This document shows positions 1-9,207 of a DNA stretch of 64,000 nt, one piece after another. Each line of letters opens with the position of its first letter. Position 1 is the first letter of the stretch. The notes beneath the pieces are model-generated. The model worked only from the letters and a program-made list of their open reading frames with translations. It was not told where the DNA came from and did not search any database. The position numbers and the translations under genes were made by a program. The stretch covers positions 85,420 to 149,419 of the forward strand of contig CAYOHP010000001.1 of the NCBI GenBank assembly GCA_964403795.1. The letters are read 5' to 3'. This DNA is from an uncultured bacterium (GTDB lineage: Bacteria > Muiribacteriota > UBA6191 > CAZXTJ01 > CAYOHP01).

Positions 1-230
1 CCCAGACCTATGCCGCCTGGAACCTCCTCATGGCTGTCACCTTCCTGGGCTTCGCCTGGAGTTTCCACAAGGGCCTGCGGGTGGGTCTCCTCGTCTATAC
101 CGGTCTCAAGGTGGCCGGTTGGGTGATCCTGCTCGGCCAGGGTCCCGGACTGCGGGAGCTCGGGGCCATCGGGGTCGAGGCCGCGGTGCTCGGCTACCTC
201 TGGCAGCAGAAGGACTGGTTCCGGGGGTGA
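1..230 (+). CDS. C-terminal fragment of a membrane protein (partial; gene starts before the window)
   Basis: Open frame from position 3 with no stop before 230. Hydrophobic helices (AVTFLGFAWSF, VGLLVYTGLKVAGWVILLG). Confidence 0.35.
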   Translation, partial: QTYAAWNLLMAVTFLGFAWSFHKGLRVGLLVYTGLKVAGWVILLGQGPGLRELGAIGVEAAVLGYLWQQKDWFRG

Positions 231-324
231 CCCGCCCGGGTCCGGCGTGCCCCGCCGGGTTCTACCCCATCCGGCCCCGGGCTCGTCGCCTCGATTGGGA
301 ACGTACGGGAGAGGATGGACGTTC

Positions 325-777
325 GTGAAGAACCTTCGATACCACGCCAAGGCCGTCGGGCTCGCCTACCTGGTCACGGTGGCGATGCCGATGAACACGG
401 GCTGCGAGTACGCCGCCCTGGCCCAGGTCCTGATGCAGATCCTGCCCTACATCATGCAGGCGATGAGCACCGACGACCCCAATGCCCAGGCCGACGCCAT
501 CGCCCGGGGCGCCCAGGTCGGCCTCTCGCAGGGCGGCACGGCCTTGACCCAGATCGCGGCCCAGCAGGCCGCCCAGCAAGCGGCCCAGCAGCGCCAGACC
601 AACCCCAACGGCACCGCCGACCGGCCCACCCAGGGCACCGGTCGACCCGACCAGGGCACCGCCCGTACCGACGGGGGCCTGACCACCGTCCAGGGCACCG
701 GGGGCGGCACCAACGGTTCGACCACGAACAACGACCCGGCCGGCACGGCCGCGGCCAACGTCGCCGGCGGTTCCTGA
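325..777 (+). CDS. small putative lipoprotein with a low-complexity Q/A- and G/T-rich tail
   Basis: GTG at 325 gives VKNLRYHAKAVGLAYLVTVAMPMNTGC, a signal peptide with a lipobox-like NTGC. Tail carries AAQQAAQQAAQQ repeats. Confidence 0.3.
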   Translation: MKNLRYHAKAVGLAYLVTVAMPMNTGCEYAALAQVLMQILPYIMQAMSTDDPNAQADAIARGAQVGLSQGGTALTQIAAQQAAQQAAQQRQTNPNGTADRPTQGTGRPDQGTARTDGGLTTVQGTGGGTNGSTTNNDPAGTAAANVAGGS

Positions 778-874
778 CGCCTGGGAGCCCGTCGGGTAGG
801 GGCGCCTGCACCCGTCGGCCCCCGCATCCCCGCGGGCGGTCCGGGGTCGCCGAGCGGCTACTCTGACGGCCGAC

Positions 875-2620
875 ATGACCCCCGGACGCCTCCACGTCCC
901 CCGGCCCCGGGCCGGCTTCGGCGCCCCCTTCGTGGTGGTCATGTCGGTCTGCGTGCTGCTCTCGCTGTGGGCCATCGCCATGGACGTCCGCAGCCAGGGA
1001 GCCGCCATCCAGAGCCGCAAGGCCCAGGGCAACGAGCTCTGCGAGGCCTTCGCCCGGATGGCGATCGAGGAGGCGGTCCACCAGATCCGACGGCGCTCCT
1101 GGCAGGACGGCGACCCGGTCTTCGAGCTCTTCCGTGCCCCGGCGCAGGGAGGGTCGCTCGACCTGGCACCGGCAGACCTCCCCCATGTCTCGGCCGACCT
1201 GGCCCCGTACTCCGGCTATGCGATCGGACCGGTCCGCCTCGAGATCCTGCGCCGGGCCCCCATGTCGCTCCTCGCCGACGAACTGGTGGCCTATGACGCC
1301 TTCGGGGTCCTGCGCCTGACCGTCGAGGCCTGGGGACCCCAGAAGGTCGCCTCCCGCCAGGTGGCCGAGTACGGCTTCCGCTGCGTGCTGGCGAGCCCCC
1401 CCCGACCCTTCGACCTGTTCACCCTCTTCGTACTCAATCCGCTCCCCCTGCTCACCGAGGGCCACTTCCAGGCCAGCGCCAACCTGACCCTGGAAGCCTT
1501 CGTCGAGTCCCTCTCGCGGACCCGCCAGGGCCTCGCCAAAGTGGCCGACGAACTCGAGGAGGCGGCCCGCAAGATCGACGAGAAGCTCGACAGCCTGGGT
1601 CCGCTCTCGATCGGGGCCGACGACGCCAAGCGGGCCCGGGACGAGATGCGCCGCCTGGCCACCGAGTACCGGGCCGCCACCCGCCCCCCCAAGTGGCCGG
1701 CCGATCCCGACTGGGAGCTCACCGGACCCGACGGCGCTACCACCGGACTCCCTGGCAAGCTGCACCGCTTCGCCTGGCCGGTGGTGGTCTACAGCCTGGC
1801 CGACGAGGTCGACCTCGACCGCCTGAACCTCCCCCGACGGATCCGCCCTCTGGTGCAGGAGGTCGAGACCCGCCGGCCCCGCATCGAGGAGACCCGCAAC
1901 CGCCTCGAGTCCCGCCTCAGGGCCGAGGATCTTGGGGGATCGGTCCGGGCCGCCGAGGAGTACCTCGAACTCCTGGTCCAGAACGCCGCCGACCAGCACG
2001 CCGGGCTCGTCGCCATGAAGGAGTTCCAGGACGACCTGATCGAGATCTGGGGCCCCCAGGCCGAGGAACTCGCCAAGCGCTTCCGCCGCCTGGGGGTCGA
2101 GGAGCAGGCGCGCCGGGCCCCCTACGTGTTCCGGGGCCAAGGCGCCGCCGACCGGGCCCGGCAATTCCTGGCCCCGACCGGGGCCAATCCGCCCTCGGGG
2201 GTGGTCTTCGTCGACGACCCCGATGCCCCCCTCGAGATCGATCTCCCGGGATTCGCCGGCAACCTGCTGGTGGTCACGGCCGGGGCCATGAGCGTCCAGA
2301 ACGTGACGGTCCAGGACCCCACCCGGGACTCGGTCGCCCTGTTGGCTCACGGGCGCCTGAGCGTGGCGCGGGGTGGCATCCAGGCTGGCTTGTTCGCCCG
2401 CAGCCAGGACTTCCGGGGACCCGGGGAATCCTTCGCCGGGAGCCTGGTCATGGACACTCCCGAGACCGCCGCCCTGGAGCGCACCTTCACCGGGAAGATC
2501 CAGCGCATGCCCGGACTGGTCTCGGGCCCCGAGGGCTTTCCGGTCCGCCCCGATCCCGAGAAGACCCGGCTCACCATCACCCTCTCCCCGGGGCCCGAAT
2601 ACCGGAGGGCCGAGCGATGA
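875..2620 (+). CDS. GspK/PilX-like minor pseudopilin-family protein (581 aa)
   Basis: N-terminus RAGFGAPFVVVMSVCVLLSLWAIAM resembles the GspK-type hydrophobic segment without Glu+5. Stop overlaps the next start (ATGA at 2617). Confidence 0.4.
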   Translation: MTPGRLHVPRPRAGFGAPFVVVMSVCVLLSLWAIAMDVRSQGAAIQSRKAQGNELCEAFARMAIEEAVHQIRRRSWQDGDPVFELFRAPAQGGSLDLAPADLPHVSADLAPYSGYAIGPVRLEILRRAPMSLLADELVAYDAFGVLRLTVEAWGPQKVASRQVAEYGFRCVLASPPRPFDLFTLFVLNPLPLLTEGHFQASANLTLEAFVESLSRTRQGLAKVADELEEAARKIDEKLDSLGPLSIGADDAKRARDEMRRLATEYRAATRPPKWPADPDWELTGPDGATTGLPGKLHRFAWPVVVYSLADEVDLDRLNLPRRIRPLVQEVETRRPRIEETRNRLESRLRAEDLGGSVRAAEEYLELLVQNAADQHAGLVAMKEFQDDLIEIWGPQAEELAKRFRRLGVEEQARRAPYVFRGQGAADRARQFLAPTGANPPSGVVFVDDPDAPLEIDLPGFAGNLLVVTAGAMSVQNVTVQDPTRDSVALLAHGRLSVARGGIQAGLFARSQDFRGPGESFAGSLVMDTPETAALERTFTGKIQRMPGLVSGPEGFPVRPDPEKTRLTITLSPGPEYRRAER

Positions 2621-3138
2621 CCCGGAGGCTCCCCGGACGTCGCCCTGGGGTCTCCGCCGTCGAACTGCTGCTGGCGAGCGCCATCCTGGCGGCCGCCTTC
2701 GTCCCCATCTACACCCTGATCCAAGGCGGGCAGCGCAGCGCCTACCTGAACGAGCTGCAGGTCCTGGCCCGCCGGCGGGCCTTCAGGGCCCTGGCCTACC
2801 TCGGCGGTCATCCCTACCCCATGCTCCGCACCCTGGCCGTGGGCGGGCCGCCTCCCGGCGACATCCCCTTCCTGCCCACCGAAGGCAGCGAGATCGAAGT
2901 CCCTCTCCCTACCGGGGAATCGGAGCGCGAGTTCGAGGCCGCGCCCGGCACGATCCTCGATTCCTACGTGCGGCGGGTGGACTCTCTGCGTCTCAAGGTG
3001 TTCTTCCACGAGCTCCAGCCCGGCCTGGGTCGGCTGGCAGCTGTCTCCCGCTGGGAGGATCCGACCAACCGCAAGCCCCGGTACTACGTGGCGCTCCGCT
3101 ACGTCTCCGATCCCCTGGTGGCGAGGAGCCGGCCATGA
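2617..3138 (+). CDS. prepilin-type N-terminal domain pseudopilin (T2SS GspI/J-like or T4P minor pilin)
   Basis: MTRRLPGRRPG^VSAVELLLASAIL: prepilin motif G-x4-E followed by a hydrophobic helix. ATGA overlap with both neighbouring genes. Confidence 0.55.
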   Translation: MTRRLPGRRPGVSAVELLLASAILAAAFVPIYTLIQGGQRSAYLNELQVLARRRAFRALAYLGGHPYPMLRTLAVGGPPPGDIPFLPTEGSEIEVPLPTGESEREFEAAPGTILDSYVRRVDSLRLKVFFHELQPGLGRLAAVSRWEDPTNRKPRYYVALRYVSDPLVARSRP

Positions 3139-3794
3139 GGAGAGCGTCCCCGATCCTCCGGCGCCGCCTCGGGTTCTCCCTGGTCGAAGTCACGGTCTTC
3201 ATGGCGGTGGGGGTGCTGGTCATGGCCGGCGCCTGGTCGTTCTTCCAGTCCTCGATCCGCAAGGGAAAGGCTACCGACGTGAAGGTCGAGAGCCTGCAGG
3301 CCGACCTGCTCTTCGCCCGGTCGCTGGAGCGGGACCTGGAGGCCCTCTACGAGGATCCCGAGCACGCCATGGATATCGTGCGCGGCCCCGGCGAACTCCG
3401 CTTCTCGTTCTGGCGCTACGGGGAGGAGAGCCCCGGGGACCGTTGGGACCCGCTCCCGGTGGAACGGGTCACCTACCGGTTCGATGCCTCCAAGAAGAGG
3501 ATCTTCCGCAGGGTCGGCAACGGTCGGGAGGACCGGCTCTACGGACTCTTCGAACGCATGAACATCCGATTCCGGAATTTCCAGGCCCAGGCCCCGGGCC
3601 CACCTGCGGTCCCCTCGGCGGCGGTCATCTTCTCGGCCACCAGCACTCCCCGCGAGACGCTCCAGAAGCCGCTCGAAGCCCGCGAGGAACAGGACCGGAC
3701 CACCCTCTTCGGGGCCGTCCTCCGGGAGCGCGAGGCGGTGCGCACCGCCTTCCCCTGGTGGAACCCGATCCCCTACGCCCCAGCGAGACCATGA
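3135..3794 (+). CDS. prepilin-type N-terminal domain pseudopilin
   Basis: RRRLG^FSLVEVTVFMAVGVLVMAG matches the canonical prepilin-peptidase motif G-FSLVE. Confidence 0.6.
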   Translation: MRRASPILRRRLGFSLVEVTVFMAVGVLVMAGAWSFFQSSIRKGKATDVKVESLQADLLFARSLERDLEALYEDPEHAMDIVRGPGELRFSFWRYGEESPGDRWDPLPVERVTYRFDASKKRIFRRVGNGREDRLYGLFERMNIRFRNFQAQAPGPPAVPSAAVIFSATSTPRETLQKPLEAREEQDRTTLFGAVLREREAVRTAFPWWNPIPYAPARP

Positions 3795-3831
3795 CTTCTG
3801 TCCCCGTCTCGTCCGCCTGCCGATATCCACC

Positions 3832-4320
3832 ATGGGCATGCGATTCCTCGCGCTCCTGGTGTCGTCCCTTCTCCTCGCCCTGGGGAGCATGGTCGGCTGC
3901 GGCCATGAGGCGCGCCTCTTCGAGGTCCCGATGCAGATCTACCGGGCCAACGTCGAGGAGGTGGGCGCCGACTTCGCGGTCCTGGGCTGGGAGACCTCCC
4001 TCCCGGGGGACAGCCGGGTCGACTACGCCCTGGTCGGCACCGCCAGCACCGGGGACGCCGACCTCGAGAGCGTGAGCGACCGCCAGTACATCCCGTTGCT
4101 GCGGGACGGGGGGGTCACGGTCCGCGACCCCGACTTCGTCTCGGTCTCGAACACCGTGCTCCGCTCGCCCTTCGTGACCACCCACCGGATCCGCCTCGAC
4201 CGCCTGCTCCCGGGCCGGACCTATGTAGCCACCGTCTCCAGCACCAACGGGCAGGGCGCCGATGGTTGGGAGTTCGGGGTCCGCCTGGAGTTCACGACCA
4301 ACGGAGCCGGCGGGGGCTGA
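3832..4320 (+). CDS. lipoprotein with a fibronectin-III / purple-acid-phosphatase-N-like beta-sandwich domain
   Basis: Signal peptide with lipobox LGSMVGC. FN3-like strand pattern (DFAVLGWETSLPGDSRVDY ... RTYVATVSS). Confidence 0.45.
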   Translation: MGMRFLALLVSSLLLALGSMVGCGHEARLFEVPMQIYRANVEEVGADFAVLGWETSLPGDSRVDYALVGTASTGDADLESVSDRQYIPLLRDGGVTVRDPDFVSVSNTVLRSPFVTTHRIRLDRLLPGRTYVATVSSTNGQGADGWEFGVRLEFTTNGAGGG

Positions 4321-4348
4321 GACTCCCCGGGGGCGTCCAGGGCCCCGC

Positions 4349-6664
4349 TCACTGGGTCGGCGTGATCTTGACCCAGCCGGTCATGGGCGAGCCGAACGCC
4401 GTCTTGGTGATCTCCGGGGTCGGCGTGATCGAGGGATCCCCGAACTTGAAGGTCCGCCCGCCGATGGTGAGCGCCCCGGTCTTGTTGGGGACCGGCTGGC
4501 AGGGCGGGGTCGGACAGGGGACGCTGGTGTCGCCGAGGTTCACGTTCAGCTTGAAGATCCCGCCGAGCGGGTCGTAGTTGGCGATCTGGAGATTGGTGGC
4601 GGTGTCGATCGAGATGGTGACGTCCCCGGTCCCCCGGCCGAAGCCGAAGCCATACAGCTGGAACGGTGCCCCCTCCCGGACCTCCCCGATGTCCTGGGCG
4701 CCTCCGGTCCGCAGCTCGGTCAGTCCGGGGAAGACCACGACATCGAACTCCGGGGAACTCTGCCCGGCGGCCTGCTGGGTGGCCCCCACCTCGATCTTCA
4801 GCTTCACGTTCCCGGCCCTGAGGATGGGAGGCCCGATCGAAGCGCCCCGGAACTGGACGTCCATCGTTTGCATGTTCTCGGCGTCGATCCCGGAGGGGTT
4901 CTGGGCGCTGTACTGCTGTCCGTCGGTCAACGCCTCCCCGTTCCAGTAGATCTTGATGGCAGACGCCTGCGGTCCGAAGTTCCGCCCGACCAGGCGCATC
5001 GGGAGCTCGCCCGACGGCCCGAACCCGAAGCCTTCCGGGAGAGGGGTGGAGGTTCCCACTGCATGGACCGCGGTGATCGCCGGGGTCATGTCGGGAGCCT
5101 CGCTCCGGGGTGCCGGCGTCACCAGGACCCGCACCTCCTCGGGCTTCCCCTTGTGGAGTACGATCTCCAGCGGAATCTCGGTCCCGGCCGCTCCCAGGTC
5201 GAAGTCCCGGGGCACCTTCAGGGTCAGGGTGTCGTCGGCAGCGGGATCGGTGGGATCGGTGGCGACCGACGTCGGCGTCAGCGAGGTGCCCTTGAGCACC
5301 ACCTCGATCCCATCGGGGCTCGACGGGAAGCCCTGGCCCACGATCTTGAAGTCCCGTCCCGGGATCAGCTTGCCGTCCCCGCCGTTGCCGTTGGGCTCCG
5401 GCTCGGTGCGCACCTTCACCACTCCCGGCCGGGCCGTCAGGGTCATCGGCTGCGACGTGGCAGGCCCCACCGTGCCGTTCACGTCGGCCGCCTTGTTGGT
5501 GAGCGTCACCGGGTACTTCCCGGCGATGAAGCCGTCACCGAGCGTCACTGCCAGGTCGGTTCCGGTGATCGCCAGCTGGGTGCCGCCGGTGAAGACCTGG
5601 GTCCCGATCTTCACCTCGTTTAGGGTCATGTCGGGATTGATCCCGCTGCCCTTCAGGAGGATCTTCTTGCCGGCCTGCTTGAAGTCGAGCTGGTCGACGG
5701 GATTCGGCGGGTCCTGGGTGTCGAGCGAGACCCGCACCGGATCCCCCGGATCCAGGGGCGGAGGGTCCTCGGGACCGTCCGAGGGTGGTCCACCGGGCGG
5801 AGGATCGCCGGTTCCCCCCGGACCGCTGCCCCCGGGACCGGAGCCACCGGGACCCGAACCTCCCGGCCCGGAGCCGCCCGGACCGCTGCCTCCGGGGCCC
5901 GAGCCGCCCGGACCGCTGCCCCCGCTACCGCCCGAGCCGCCCGGACCACCCGGCCCACCCCCGGCCCCGGCTTCCTCGCCCCGGGCGATGGAGTCGATGA
6001 GCCGCTCCCGGTCCAAGGTCGCCTGCTGGGTCAGGGTGGCCGCGGTCCCCGGATCGAAGGCCACCAGCACCGGCCGACCGTCGGGGCCGAGCACCGTCTT
6101 CCCCTGGTAGTACTCGGAGATGCAGCTCACCAGCTGGGTTTCCGGCTTGTCGAAGCGACGGGCCTGCACCATCTGGGAGCCGCCTTCGACCTGGCGGTGC
6201 CCGAACTCGGTGGCGGAACCCGCGTAGAGCTTCGAGAAGCAGGCGTCATGCCCCTCCCGCAGCTCGCCGAGGATCGGACCCCAGGGGTCGGAGGCGGACC
6301 CGAACAGCGGGATCGCCACCCAGCGAGGCGGCTTCCCGGCCTGGCTCTCGATGTCGGCCGCGATCTCGTCCCGCGACCGGGGAGCCACGGTGGGACTCGG
6401 GGTCGGCGTGGGGGTCGGCGAGCTGGCCGGCGTCGGGGTAGGCGTCGGACTCGGGCTCGGAGTCGGGGAAGAGGCTGGAGACGGCGACGGCGTCGGAGGG
6501 AGCGACGAACCCGGCGAGGCGGTAGGGGTCGGCGTGGCGCTCGGCGACCCCGGATTGGGCAGGTCTCCCGAATCGGGGGTCTGGGTGAACCCGGGTGAAG
6601 CCCCGATCAGCCCCAGAACGAGGGCCAGGACCGCCCCGACACCACATCGACCGGAGGTGCGCAT
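4349..6664 (-). CDS. giant secreted protein, paralog A (771 aa): signal peptide, Pro/Thr linker, conserved 2-Cys N-domain, GSGPGG repeat linker, IPT/TIG-like Ig domains
   Basis: Signal peptide MRTSGRCGVGAVLALVLGLIGASPG. PT-rich linker. IPT-like segments (PMRLVGRNFGPQASAIKIYWNGEALTDGQQYS). About 60 % identical to the adjacent paralog in the N-domain. Confidence 0.7.
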   Translation of the reverse strand: MRTSGRCGVGAVLALVLGLIGASPGFTQTPDSGDLPNPGSPSATPTPTASPGSSLPPTPSPSPASSPTPSPSPTPTPTPASSPTPTPTPSPTVAPRSRDEIAADIESQAGKPPRWVAIPLFGSASDPWGPILGELREGHDACFSKLYAGSATEFGHRQVEGGSQMVQARRFDKPETQLVSCISEYYQGKTVLGPDGRPVLVAFDPGTAATLTQQATLDRERLIDSIARGEEAGAGGGPGGPGGSGGSGGSGPGGSGPGGSGPGGSGPGGSGPGGSGPGGSGPGGTGDPPPGGPPSDGPEDPPPLDPGDPVRVSLDTQDPPNPVDQLDFKQAGKKILLKGSGINPDMTLNEVKIGTQVFTGGTQLAITGTDLAVTLGDGFIAGKYPVTLTNKAADVNGTVGPATSQPMTLTARPGVVKVRTEPEPNGNGGDGKLIPGRDFKIVGQGFPSSPDGIEVVLKGTSLTPTSVATDPTDPAADDTLTLKVPRDFDLGAAGTEIPLEIVLHKGKPEEVRVLVTPAPRSEAPDMTPAITAVHAVGTSTPLPEGFGFGPSGELPMRLVGRNFGPQASAIKIYWNGEALTDGQQYSAQNPSGIDAENMQTMDVQFRGASIGPPILRAGNVKLKIEVGATQQAAGQSSPEFDVVVFPGLTELRTGGAQDIGEVREGAPFQLYGFGFGRGTGDVTISIDTATNLQIANYDPLGGIFKLNVNLGDTSVPCPTPPCQPVPNKTGALTIGGRTFKFGDPSITPTPEITKTAFGSPMTGWVKITPTQ
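5806..5961 (-). repeat. 21-bp tandem DNA repeat encoding (GSGPGGS)n linker
   Basis: Forward strand shows repeated ggaccgctgcc(c/t)ccggg / ccggagccgcccgg units. Protein reads GSGPGG about 8 times. Confidence 0.6.
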
Positions 6665-6689
6665 GTCGCGTCCCCGCCTCTCGGGAGGT

Positions 6690-9035
6690 CTAGTCCGCCC
6701 CGTGGATCACGATCCAGGAGCCCGCCACGCCCGTGATGTTGAAGATGTCGGGCTGGGGAGAGAGGGTCGAGTTCCCCATCGACCAGGTCTTCCCGCCGAT
6801 CACGATCGATCCCCGCACGTTGGTGCGGGTGTCCCCCGCGGCCAGCGAGGCGTCGTTGCCCATCATGAGGGTCAGGCGATGGCGGCTCCCCGGCTTGTTG
6901 TAGTTGGTGATCGCCACGTTGGGATACCCCGTGATGTTCACCACCACGTCGCCGGGCCCGTTCCCGAACCCGTAGCCCTCGAGGTAGAACTCCTGGGCCT
7001 CCTCGACCGCGCCGTTCGCCTGGGTCGCCGAAGTGAACGCAGCCAGCTTCACGTTCACCACCGTGTCGAAGTCCGGGGTCTTCCGGATCGCCCCGGTCCC
7101 ATCGGTGTACTCGATCCGGATCTTGGTGTTCCCGGCCCGGAGGATCGGGTCCACGTTGTTGGCTCCGTGGAAGGTCACCGACCACTCCTGGGGAGTGGCA
7201 GGATCCGAGGGCTGGGTGGGATCCCCGTTCGAGGTGTACTGGGCCCCGGAAGTGAGCTGCACGCCGTTCCAGAAGAGCCGCATGTCGGCCGCCTGGGCCG
7301 CGAACCGGAAACCCCGCAACCGCACCGCGATGTCCCCGGTCGAGCCGTTGAAGTCGAGCGCGGTGAGCACCTGCGACCCGGCCGCGTTCTGGATCTCCTG
7401 GATGATCGGGTCGCTCGGCGGGGTGTCGGGATCGCTCAGGGTCACGGCCGCGTCGATGGTGAGTTCCTCGGGCGTCCCCTTGCGCACCGTGAGCTGGATC
7501 TGCACCTGCGAGCCCACCGCGCCCCCGACAGTGGCCGGGGCGTCCGCGGTCACGAGATCCAGCCCGCCGTCGGGATCCGCCTGCAGGAAGGTAGGCGCCA
7601 CTTCCTGGCCGTTGACCTTGATCCCGATCTGCTCGATCTCGATCGGGAAGCCCTGGCCCCAGATCTCGAACTCCTGGCCGGGCACCAGGGTCCCGTCGCC
7701 GCCCGCCGGGAACAGCCCGGTGGTCGGGTCGCTGTGGATGTGGTCCACGGTCGGCGTGACGGTGATCTTCTTGGCGGGCGAGACCACCGGTCCCGGCGTC
7801 CCGTTCACTTCGTCGCTCTCGTTGACCAGGGTGACCCTCAAGTCCTTGCCGCCGGCCAGCTCGTCGGGGATGTTGGCCAGCACGCCGACCGCGTCGCCAC
7901 CGACCGTGATCACCTGCAGGTTGCCGTCGCTCGCCCGCATCTCGACTGTGGCGCCCGTGCTCCCGGCGATGCGGACCACCATCAGGTCGGGGTCGACGTC
8001 GATCCCGCTCCCCAGGATCCGGATCTCGTGCCCCACCGTGTCGAAGTGGAGCTGGTCCTTGGCTCGCGGCGGATCCTTGGTGTCGAGGTCGGTGATCACC
8101 ACGGGACCCTGTTCGCCACCCGGGAGTTCGGGGACGTCCTCGGGATCGGGAGCATCCGTGGTGGGGGGAAGGGGGCCATCGCTGCCCCCGGGGGGCTGGG
8201 GCGTGGTCCCACCCGGGCCGGTTCCCCCCGGACCGGTCCCTCCCGGGCCGGTTCCCCCAGGGCCGCTGCCACCCGGCCCGCTGCCACCCGGAGGCGGAGT
8301 CCCGGGGGGGGTCGAGCCGCCGGGCGCGCCGGGACCTCCGCCCTGCTCCTGCTGTTTCTCGGCCTCGGCGATGGCCTTGATGAGGTCGTCGCGTTCCTTC
8401 TGGGCCTGCTGGGTGAGGGTGACCGCGGTTCCCGAATCGAAGGCCACCCGGATGGGGCGACCGTCGGCCCCGGCCACGTCTTTGGTCCGGTAGTACTCCT
8501 CGATGCAGGCCACCAGCTGGGTCTCCGGCCGGTCGAAGCGGCGGGTGCCCTTGATCTGGGTCCCGGTCTCGGCGGCGTTGTGCCCGAACTCGTTGATGGA
8601 CTCCGGGTAGAGCTTGCCGAAGCACGAGTTGTAGCCCTCGGCCAGGGTCAGCAGGATGGGCGGCCAGGGATCGGCGTTCTGGTCGAAGATCGGAACCGCC
8701 ACCCAGGCCGGGGTCTTCCCGAAGTCCTTCTCGATGTCGGCCCGGATCTCGTCCTCGGTCCTGGCCTTGAAGGTGGGGGTCGGGGTCGGCGGGGTGGGAG
8801 AAGGGGTGGGGGTCGGAGTGGGTGTCGGGGTCGGGCTCGCCACCGGGGTCGGAGTGGGCGTCGGGGTGGCGGACGCGGAGGGGGAAGGCGAGGGAGAACT
8901 CGCCGGCGAGACCGAGGCCGTGGGTGTCGCCGAAGGCGAAGGTGTCTGGGCCGAAGCCCCCGGGATCAGGAGCCCGGTCTCGAGGAGCAGCACGGCCGCC
9001 CATGCCAGGGCAGCCCCGAACCTGGTTCGAACCAT
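6690..9035 (-). CDS. giant secreted protein, paralog B (781 aa), same architecture as paralog A
   Basis: Signal peptide MVRTRFGAALAWAAVLLLETGLLIPGASA. PT linker. Conserved N-domain (NSCFGKLY, VACIEEYY). GTGPGG repeats. IPT-like repeats. 25 bp upstream of paralog A. Confidence 0.7.
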   Translation of the reverse strand: MVRTRFGAALAWAAVLLLETGLLIPGASAQTPSPSATPTASVSPASSPSPSPSASATPTPTPTPVASPTPTPTPTPTPSPTPPTPTPTFKARTEDEIRADIEKDFGKTPAWVAVPIFDQNADPWPPILLTLAEGYNSCFGKLYPESINEFGHNAAETGTQIKGTRRFDRPETQLVACIEEYYRTKDVAGADGRPIRVAFDSGTAVTLTQQAQKERDDLIKAIAEAEKQQEQGGGPGAPGGSTPPGTPPPGGSGPGGSGPGGTGPGGTGPGGTGPGGTTPQPPGGSDGPLPPTTDAPDPEDVPELPGGEQGPVVITDLDTKDPPRAKDQLHFDTVGHEIRILGSGIDVDPDLMVVRIAGSTGATVEMRASDGNLQVITVGGDAVGVLANIPDELAGGKDLRVTLVNESDEVNGTPGPVVSPAKKITVTPTVDHIHSDPTTGLFPAGGDGTLVPGQEFEIWGQGFPIEIEQIGIKVNGQEVAPTFLQADPDGGLDLVTADAPATVGGAVGSQVQIQLTVRKGTPEELTIDAAVTLSDPDTPPSDPIIQEIQNAAGSQVLTALDFNGSTGDIAVRLRGFRFAAQAADMRLFWNGVQLTSGAQYTSNGDPTQPSDPATPQEWSVTFHGANNVDPILRAGNTKIRIEYTDGTGAIRKTPDFDTVVNVKLAAFTSATQANGAVEEAQEFYLEGYGFGNGPGDVVVNITGYPNVAITNYNKPGSRHRLTLMMGNDASLAAGDTRTNVRGSIVIGGKTWSMGNSTLSPQPDIFNITGVAGSWIVIHGAD
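8205..8290 (-). repeat. 18-bp tandem DNA repeat encoding (G[ST]GPGG)n linker
   Basis: cccgggccggttcccccc / ggaccggtccctcccggg periodicity. Protein reads GSGPGGSGPGGTGPGGTGPGGTGPGG. Confidence 0.55.
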
Positions 9036-9207
9036 CCGCCTACCCCTGTCCCCGGGTCGGGCATCGCGGCCCGACCTCTGATCCGCCGTAGAGTGAGACG
9101 ACTCTGCATGAAGGAAGGATAGAGAGTCGGTCCTCGACTGCGAACTCCGAGGGCGCGCTTTCCGGCCTTCCCCCGAAAAACTACGTCCAACCGGGCATGG
9201 TTGTTGC

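Noticed and set aside
9026-9035. GGTTCGAACC, a tRNA T-arm-like palindrome
   Set aside because: It is simply the start of paralog B (ATG GTT CGA ACC on the minus strand). No acceptor or anticodon stem context is present.
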